Source: Dehalococcoidia bacterium
GTDB lineage: Bacteria > Chloroflexota > Dehalococcoidia > UBA2979
DNA: 64,000 nucleotides
Direction of reading: 5' to 3'
Assembly (NCBI GenBank): GCA_964291495.2
Contig: OZ219872.1
Location: 672,001 to 736,000, forward strand
Position 1 is the stretch's first letter. Every line of letters starts with the position of its first letter. Shown here piece by piece: positions 57,485 through 64,000 of this stretch. The notes below the pieces were generated by a model that ran no database searches, was not told where the DNA came from, and saw nothing but the letters and a program-made list of their open reading frames with translations. Made by a program: the position numbers and the translations under genes.

Positions 57485-58023
57485 GCGAGGAGCAGGCTGC
57501 GCCGGAGCCGGGCTCGCTGCCGCCCAACCGCCCGTTCGGGATGATCGCGCTGATTGTGATCGTCATCGTCGGCGTCGCCGCGATTCTCTGGGGCCGCTTC
57601 GTCATCAACCCGCAGCCGGAGGTGTTCCTGTTCGACGCCGGGCCGGCCGAGCAGTTCCAGGTCGGCGAGCCGGTCTGGTTCCCGGAAGTGCGCATCTTCG
57701 TGATCGCGGTGGACGACGACGGCGAGCGCAAGCTGATCCGCGCCCTCGACGCGATCGCGCGCGGCACCGGCTGCACGATCGAGCTGCGCCCGGACGACCC
57801 ACGAGGCGCCGCGCGCAACCCGCTCGGGCGCGACGGGGTCTACACCGATCCCTGCTCGGCCGGCGTGTGGGCGCTGGGCGGCGAGGCGATCGACGGCACC
57901 GCCTCGCCGCTGCGCACGTTCCGCATCACGAGACCGCAGCCCGTCGACGCCCAGGACCGCCCGCTGATCGAGGTCGAGGTGATCGGCCGCCCCGAGCCCA
58001 CCGCGACTGAGACCGCGCCCTGA
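57481..58023 (+). CDS. Membrane-anchored degenerate Rieske-fold protein 1
   Basis: TM helix; ARGTGC...YTDPCSAGVW-L-G---G-A-PL in place of CxHxGC...CPCHGS. Confidence 0.65.
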   Translation: MSEEQAAPEPGSLPPNRPFGMIALIVIVIVGVAAILWGRFVINPQPEVFLFDAGPAEQFQVGEPVWFPEVRIFVIAVDDDGERKLIRALDAIARGTGCTIELRPDDPRGAARNPLGRDGVYTDPCSAGVWALGGEAIDGTASPLRTFRITRPQPVDAQDRPLIEVEVIGRPEPTATETAP

Positions 58024-58043
58024 CGGGCGAGGACCGCGGCGCC

Positions 58044-58535
58044 ATGAGCGCAGAACGTCGCGAGCTGCCGCGGACCTGGGGCCAGCACGGCACGGAGCCG
58101 ACCGGTGTGCGGCCCGGCTGCGTCGTCGGCTTCGTGCTGATCGCGGTGGGGCTGGCCATCGGGATTGCCTACGGGGCGTCCGGCCTCCGGGGCGGAGGGA
58201 TCGATCTCGGCTACGCGGAGGATTATGCTCTCGCGTCGGTCGTGTATCGCAGCACGGACGGGCTGTTCGTGGTGCGGCTGCCGGACGGCGAGGTGATCGC
58301 GCTTTCCGATGTCGATCCGCATAATCCGCCGGGTGGCGAGTGCCGGGTGTCGTTTCGGCCGGACCTCGCCGGAGCGGACGGACAGGGACAGTTCTTCGAC
58401 ATCTGCAGCGGGGCGATGTATGACATCAGCGGCCGGGGACTGGGCGACGACGGCCTCGATCTCCGGCGCCTCCCGCTGAGGCGAGGCGAGGACGGGAAGC
58501 TCGAACTCGCGGGCGAACCGGCGGACGTAGACTAG
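58044..58535 (+). CDS. Membrane-anchored degenerate Rieske-fold protein 2
   Basis: TM helix; ALSDVDPH...EC...FFDICSGAMYDISG...DLRRLPL. Confidence 0.65.
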   Translation: MSAERRELPRTWGQHGTEPTGVRPGCVVGFVLIAVGLAIGIAYGASGLRGGGIDLGYAEDYALASVVYRSTDGLFVVRLPDGEVIALSDVDPHNPPGGECRVSFRPDLAGADGQGQFFDICSGAMYDISGRGLGDDGLDLRRLPLRRGEDGKLELAGEPADVD

Positions 58536-58604
58536 GGCGCGGCCAGGACCGCGGCGCAGGGAACGCGCCGCACGCGCCCACAGCGCAGAGGGGGACTCCG
58601 AGCG

Positions 58605-60176
58605 ATGAATACCGCAGACATCCTGATGATTGCCGGCAGCATGGTGCCGGACCGCGTCGCCGTGGCCGACGCGGACAAGAGCGTGACCTACATGGAGCTG
58701 CAGTCGCGGGTGAACCGCCTCGCTCACGCCCTCAGCGCCATCGGCGTCGGCAAGGGCCAGAACGTCGGCATCATGTCGGTGAACTCCAACGAGTTCGTCG
58801 AGCTCTACTACGCGACGGCCAGCGTCGGCGCCACCTTCGTCCCGCTCAACTTCCGGGCCAAGACGGACGAGCTCCAGTACATGGCCGACGTCTCCGACGT
58901 CAACGTCTTCTTCTGCTCCGAGCGCTACTGGCCGATCCTCCAGGAGATCCGCAGCCAGCTCCCCAAGGTCGAGCACATCTACACCCTCGACTTCGAGGCG
59001 AGCGGCTACGAGACGTATGAGCAGCTGCTGGCGAGCGGCGCCGACGAGCCGTTCTTCGCCGCCGTCGACGACGACGACCCGGCGATGGTGATCTACACCT
59101 CCGGCACCACCGCCCTGCCCAAGGGCGTGGTGCTGACCCACAAGACCCTCACCGCCTACGTCGTGAACACCCAGAACCCGGTGGACCCGACGACCGACCA
59201 GGACGTGACGATGGTCTCCGTGCCCTTCTTCCACGTCGCCGGCGCAACGACGATGCTCGGCTCGCTCTGGGCGGGACGCAAGCTGACGATCCTGCCGCAG
59301 TTCGACCCCGCCGCCTGGCTCGACACCGTCGAGCGCGAGCGCGTCACCCACGCCTTCGTCGTGCCCACGATGCTCAAGCGCATCATGGAGGTGGACGACT
59401 TCGACGAGTACGACATCGACTCGCTGCAGCTCATCACCTACGGCGCCGCACCGATGCCGTACGAGGTGGTGCGTCAGGCCGTCGACGTCTTCGAGTGCGG
59501 GTTGATGAACGCCTACGGTCAGACCGAGTCGACCTCGACGATGAGCTACCTCGGGCCGGACGACCACCGGCTCGACGGCACGCCCGAGGAGAACGACCTC
59601 AAGCTCAAGCGCCTGCGCTCCGTCGGGCGGCCGATGCCGGACATCGAAGTCGGCATCCTCAAGCCGGACGGCGCGCCGCAGCCGCAGGGCGAAGAGGGCG
59701 AGATCTGCATCCGCGGCGACCGCATCATGCGCGAGTACCAGAAGCGCGAGGAGGAGACCGCCTCCGCGATCAGCGGCGGCTGGCTGCACACCGGCGACGT
59801 CGGCTACCTGGACCCGGACAACTACCTGTTCATCACCGGGCGGCTGAAGGACCTGATCATCCGCGGCGGCGAGAACATCTCGCCCGGCGAGGTCGAGGGC
59901 GTGCTCGAGGAGCACCCGGAGATCGCCGAGGCGGCCGTGATCGGCGTCCCCGACATCGAATGGGGCGAGGTGGTGAAGGCCGTCATGGTCATGACCGAGG
60001 GCGGCGACGCACCTTCCGACGACGACCTGACCGGCTACGTGAAGTCGCGCCTCGCCTCCTACAAGGCGCCCGCGCTCTACGAGTGGGTGAACGAGCCGCT
60101 GCCGCGCAACCACATGGGCAAGCTGCTGAAGAACGACATCCGCGATCGCTGGGGGGCGGCCAGCGCCGCGTCCTGA
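58605..60176 (+). CDS. Long-chain acyl-CoA synthetase (AMP-binding family)
   Basis: YTSGTTALPKG, YGQTE, WLHTGD, GRLKDLIIRGGENI, GKLLK. Confidence 0.93.
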   Translation: MNTADILMIAGSMVPDRVAVADADKSVTYMELQSRVNRLAHALSAIGVGKGQNVGIMSVNSNEFVELYYATASVGATFVPLNFRAKTDELQYMADVSDVNVFFCSERYWPILQEIRSQLPKVEHIYTLDFEASGYETYEQLLASGADEPFFAAVDDDDPAMVIYTSGTTALPKGVVLTHKTLTAYVVNTQNPVDPTTDQDVTMVSVPFFHVAGATTMLGSLWAGRKLTILPQFDPAAWLDTVERERVTHAFVVPTMLKRIMEVDDFDEYDIDSLQLITYGAAPMPYEVVRQAVDVFECGLMNAYGQTESTSTMSYLGPDDHRLDGTPEENDLKLKRLRSVGRPMPDIEVGILKPDGAPQPQGEEGEICIRGDRIMREYQKREEETASAISGGWLHTGDVGYLDPDNYLFITGRLKDLIIRGGENISPGEVEGVLEEHPEIAEAAVIGVPDIEWGEVVKAVMVMTEGGDAPSDDDLTGYVKSRLASYKAPALYEWVNEPLPRNHMGKLLKNDIRDRWGAASAAS

Positions 60177-60251
60177 TCTGGCGGGCGCTGGCGTGGGGAG
60201 CCCACAGCGCGAAGCGGTGATAGGCTCGCGCCGGACTCCGGAAGGACTGGC

Positions 60252-62513
60252 ATGAGCGTCTCAGAGCGGGATTCGGCGGCGCCTGTCCGCCCTGCCGGGC
60301 GCCGGGGCAAGCCCCGCCCGGTCCGGCTCACCGGCGCCTGGTGGGCTCCGGCCGTGGGCCTCAGCGGCCTCGGCCTGATTTCCGCCATCGAGCTGGAGCG
60401 CACCAACGCCGGCCGCGAGGTCTTCTTCAACGTCCAGCAGCCCTGGATCGTCTACATCCTGCTCGCGGCCCTCACCGGCCTGCTGGTCTACGGCTTCGCG
60501 CGCCACGCCACGCTCTGGACCGTCGGCAAGCCCACGCCCGGACTGCTGCGCGAGATCCCGATGCGCGCACGCAACGCCGTGCGGCTGGGACTCGGCCAGG
60601 AGAAGGTGCGGCGCGACCGCTACGCCGGGATCATGCACCTCTGCATCTTCTCCTCGATCATCGTGCTCACCGCCGTGACGGCGCAGGTCGCGCTCGATGA
60701 CGAGACGCCGCTCAGCTTCCTGCGCGGCGACTACTACCTGTTCTTCTCGTTCTACGGCGACCTGTTCGGCCTGATCGGCATGATCGGCGTCGGGATGGCG
60801 CTCTACCGGCGCTACTTCGACGACTTCCACCGCATCCGCTGGGACGAGCGCCTCGAGGACCACGTGATCATCTGGGGCCTCGGCCTGATCCTCATCACCG
60901 GATTCGGCGTGGAGGCGGCGCGGATCAGCGTCACCGAGCTGAACGGCTTCATCCTGGAGGACGGCACGCAGCTCGCGGCGCACCCGGACTGGGCGCGCTG
61001 GTCCTTCGTCTCCTACGTCATCGCCGAGGCGCTCGGCATCCTCGATCTCACGCAGGCCCAGGTGCTCGCGGGCCACACCTGGATGTGGTGGATCCACGTG
61101 ATCCTCGCCTTCGCCTGGCTCGGCCTGCTCGTCTTCACGCGCCTCGACCACATGATCTTCGCTCCCGTGAACGCCTTCCTGCTGCGCACCGACGCCCCCG
61201 GCCGCCTCACGAAGATCGAGGACATCGAGGAGCAGGAGGTCTTCGGCGTCGGCCAGATCCAGGACTTCACCTGGAAGCAGCTCTTCGAGCTCGACGCCTG
61301 CGTGCGCTGCGGGCGCTGCACCGAGGTCTGCCCCGCCGACCTCTCCGGCCAGCCGCTCTCGCCGATGCACCTGATCCAGGACCTCAAGGCACACCTCGCC
61401 TCGGTCGGGCCGGAGGTGCAGCGGCGCGGCCACCTCGGCGGCGACGTGCGCGAGGTCGCGCAGCAGGAGATGGTCGGCGAGGTGATCAGGGACGAGACGC
61501 TCTGGGCCTGCCGCACCTGCGGCGCCTGCGTGCAGGAATGCCCGGTGATGATCGAGCACGTGCCGACCATCGTGGACATGCGCCGCTACCTGGTGATGGA
61601 CGAGGCGCGGGTACCCGCCACGGCACAGACCGCCCTCGAGAACATGGAGATGCGCGGCCACCCCTGGCGCGGCACCAACCTCACTCGCGAGTCGTGGATG
61701 GAGGGCCTGGGCGAGGTCCCGGTCTTCGACGGCTCGCAGGACTACCTCTACTGGGTCGGCTGCTCGGGCGCGCTCGTCGAGCGCAACCTGCCGGTCACGC
61801 AGGCCGTCTTCCGGCTGCTGCGCGAGTCCGGGGCCAGCTTCGGCGTGCTGGGGCAGGAGGAGACCTGCAACGGCGACCCGGCGCGGCGTCTCGGCAACGA
61901 GTACCTCTACCAGATCCTCGCCGAGCAGCTGATCGAGACGTTCAAGGCGAAGAACGTGCAGCGCGTGATCACCAACTGCCCGCACTGCTTCAACACCTTC
62001 AAGAACGAGTACCCGCAGTTCGACGGCCGCTTCGAGGTGCTCCACCACACCGAGTTCCTCGAGGGCGCGCTCGCCGACGGCTCGCTCACGCCGAAGCACT
62101 CGCTCGACTCCAGCGTCACGTACCACGACTCCTGCTACCTGGGGCGGATGAACGGCGTCTACGACCCGCCGCGCCAGATCATCGAGCTGCTGCCGGGCGT
62201 CGATCTCACGGAGATGCGGCGCAGCCGCAGCAAGGGCCTGTGCTGCGGCGCGGGTGGCGGCAACATGTGGCAGGAAGAGGTCGGCGAACGCCGCGTCAAC
62301 CACGTGCGCACCGAGGAAGCCGTGGGCACGGGCGCCTCGGAAGTGGTCTCCAACTGCCCGTTCTGCATCCAGATGTTCGATGACGGCGTGCCCGCCATCC
62401 AGCCGGAGGAAGAGGGGCGGATCCGCCCCTTCGATATCGCCGAACTGGTCGAGCGCTCCGTGCTCGGCGAGAACGGGGCGAGCAGCAACGGCACGCCCGC
62501 CGCGACCTCGTAG
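60252..62513 (+). CDS. FadF-like membrane Fe-S oxidoreductase (NarI-like TM + 2x[4Fe-4S] + CCG domains)
   Basis: CVRCGRCTEVCP, CRTCGACVQECP, WVGC, CPHC, YHDSC, CCGAGGG, CPFC; adjacent to etfBA. Confidence 0.9.
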   Translation: MSVSERDSAAPVRPAGRRGKPRPVRLTGAWWAPAVGLSGLGLISAIELERTNAGREVFFNVQQPWIVYILLAALTGLLVYGFARHATLWTVGKPTPGLLREIPMRARNAVRLGLGQEKVRRDRYAGIMHLCIFSSIIVLTAVTAQVALDDETPLSFLRGDYYLFFSFYGDLFGLIGMIGVGMALYRRYFDDFHRIRWDERLEDHVIIWGLGLILITGFGVEAARISVTELNGFILEDGTQLAAHPDWARWSFVSYVIAEALGILDLTQAQVLAGHTWMWWIHVILAFAWLGLLVFTRLDHMIFAPVNAFLLRTDAPGRLTKIEDIEEQEVFGVGQIQDFTWKQLFELDACVRCGRCTEVCPADLSGQPLSPMHLIQDLKAHLASVGPEVQRRGHLGGDVREVAQQEMVGEVIRDETLWACRTCGACVQECPVMIEHVPTIVDMRRYLVMDEARVPATAQTALENMEMRGHPWRGTNLTRESWMEGLGEVPVFDGSQDYLYWVGCSGALVERNLPVTQAVFRLLRESGASFGVLGQEETCNGDPARRLGNEYLYQILAEQLIETFKAKNVQRVITNCPHCFNTFKNEYPQFDGRFEVLHHTEFLEGALADGSLTPKHSLDSSVTYHDSCYLGRMNGVYDPPRQIIELLPGVDLTEMRRSRSKGLCCGAGGGNMWQEEVGERRVNHVRTEEAVGTGASEVVSNCPFCIQMFDDGVPAIQPEEEGRIRPFDIAELVERSVLGENGASSNGTPAATS

Positions 62514-62587
62514 TCGGGGCGTAGTAGTCTGATGATCGGCGCGGGCTCGGCCGACCGCTGGCCGGGCTCGCTGTTGAGGGGGTAACC

Positions 62588-63391
62588 ATGCATTTCGTCG
62601 TCTGCGCCAAGCAGATTCCGGACCCGGAGACGCCGCCCTCGGCGTTCCGCATCGACGAGGCGAACAACGAGGTGATCCCGGCGCCGGGCATCTCGCCGGT
62701 GCTCAGCCAGTTCGACGGCATGGCCGCCGAGGCGGCCCTGCGCATCGTCGAGGCGGCCGGCGACGGCAAGATCACCGTCATCTCGCTCGGCCAGGAGAGC
62801 GCCCAGGCCGCCATCAAGCAGGTGCTCGCGATGGGCGCCGACGAGGGCATCCTGCTCGAGGACGACGCCCTGCAGGGCGGGGACTCCTACACGACCGCAC
62901 GCACCCTCGCGGCGGCGATCGAGAAGCTCGGCGACGTGGACGCCGTGTTCTGCGGCCGCCAGGCCGCCGACTGGGACATGGGCCAGGTCGGCCTCGGACT
63001 GGCCGAACTGCTCGGCTGGCCCTCGGCGATCATCGCCAAGGACGTGCAGATCGAGAACGGCACGATGCACGTCCAGCGCGTGCTCGCTGACGGCTTCGAG
63101 ACGGTCGCGCTGCCGCTGCCGGCGGTGGTCACGATCTCCAACGAGATCGGCGACCCGCGCTACCCGAAGCTGCAGCAGATCATGCGCGCGGCGCGGAAGA
63201 CCGTGAACCGCTGGAGCGCCGAGGACCTGGGGCTCGACCCCTCGACCGTGGGCGACGCCGGCGCGCGGCTCAAGCTGGAGCGGCTGTTCATCCCCGAGCT
63301 CGGCGGCGACGTCGAGATCATGGAGGGCGAGAGCGCGGAAGAGCAGGCACAGAACCTCGCCACGACGCTCCGCGAAGCGAAGGTCCTGTAG
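62588..63391 (+). CDS. etfB: Electron transfer flavoprotein beta subunit
   Basis: VCAKQIPD, AMGADEG, GRQAAD, PRYP. Confidence 0.93.
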   Translation: MHFVVCAKQIPDPETPPSAFRIDEANNEVIPAPGISPVLSQFDGMAAEAALRIVEAAGDGKITVISLGQESAQAAIKQVLAMGADEGILLEDDALQGGDSYTTARTLAAAIEKLGDVDAVFCGRQAADWDMGQVGLGLAELLGWPSAIIAKDVQIENGTMHVQRVLADGFETVALPLPAVVTISNEIGDPRYPKLQQIMRAARKTVNRWSAEDLGLDPSTVGDAGARLKLERLFIPELGGDVEIMEGESAEEQAQNLATTLREAKVL

Positions 63392-63475
63392 GCCGCCGCG
63401 GGCGGTCCCTGAACGCTGCATAGCCGGTCCCGTGGCCCTCGAGGGCCGGACGGGCCGGGCGGGAGGCAAGCAACG

Positions 63476-64000
63476 ATGGCCAGAAACATCCTCGTGATCG
63501 GCGAGCTCGACGGCGGCGCGCTGTCCAGCACCACCGCCGAGCTGGTGGGCGGCGCCAGCCGCCTCGCGGACGGCGGGCAGGTCTCCGTGACCCTCACCGG
63601 CGCCGGCGCGAGCGGGCAGGCGAACGCGGCCTTCGCCGCGGGCGCCGACCGCGCCTTCGTCAACGACGACGCGACCTACGACGACTTCCGCTCCGACCAG
63701 TGGGTCGGCGCGGCGGAAGAGGCGATCGACCAGGCCGCCCCCGACGTGATCCTGATCGCCCAGTCGATCGTCGGTCGCGACCTCGGGCCGCGCCTCGCGT
63801 TCCGCCGCGACACCGCCGTGGCGATGGACTGCGTGAGCATCGAGGACAGCGGCGGGGCCTTCAAGGCGACGCGGCCCTGCTACGGCGGCAACGCCCAGGC
63901 GACCTACGCCTTCGCGACCTCGCCGGCGATCGCGACGGTGCGCGCCAAGTCGCAGGAGCCGCTCGACCCGCCCCGCGAGGGCGCGAGCGGCGAGGTGGTC
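63476..64000 (+). CDS. etfA: Electron transfer flavoprotein alpha subunit (3'-truncated)
   Basis: NILVIGE, GRDLGPRLA, RPCYGGN; follows etfB. Confidence 0.9.
   Translation, partial: MARNILVIGELDGGALSSTTAELVGGASRLADGGQVSVTLTGAGASGQANAAFAAGADRAFVNDDATYDDFRSDQWVGAAEEAIDQAAPDVILIAQSIVGRDLGPRLAFRRDTAVAMDCVSIEDSGGAFKATRPCYGGNAQATYAFATSPAIATVRAKSQEPLDPPREGASGEVV

Overview
High-GC bacterial chromosomal window, most consistent with Chloroflexota/Dehalococcoidia. This is an inference from the F420 genes cofE/npdG, a GAAC-N4-GTAC LexA box, cobT-cobS-cobU salvage genes and CPRC-type zinc-ribbon microproteins. It is mostly housekeeping and metabolic: lexA, holA, an ilvB-ilvN-ilvC-leuA-leuC-leuD-(APH)-leuB-cimA cluster plus ilvE, an ABC transporter, proteases, a larA-like gene, and an acyl-CoA/FadF/ETF cluster. 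Two compositionally distinct inserts stand out: (i) a translationally coupled three-gene cassette at 5687-7358 that looks like an uncharacterised toxin/antitoxin/accessory (possible anti-phage) module ending in an ADP-ribosyltransferase-like protein, and (ii) an orphan Rieske dioxygenase alpha/beta pair between palindromic repeat clusters. Non-coding signals include a c-di-AMP (ydaO) riboswitch in front of a 70-aa zinc-ribbon gene and three unannotated leader peptides (ilvB, leuA, cimA) with no intrinsic terminators. There are also several BoxC/REP-like repeat clusters and three likely CTG start codons. No tRNA, rRNA, CRISPR array, integrase or transposase was recognised. All product calls come from motif reading; no database searches were run.
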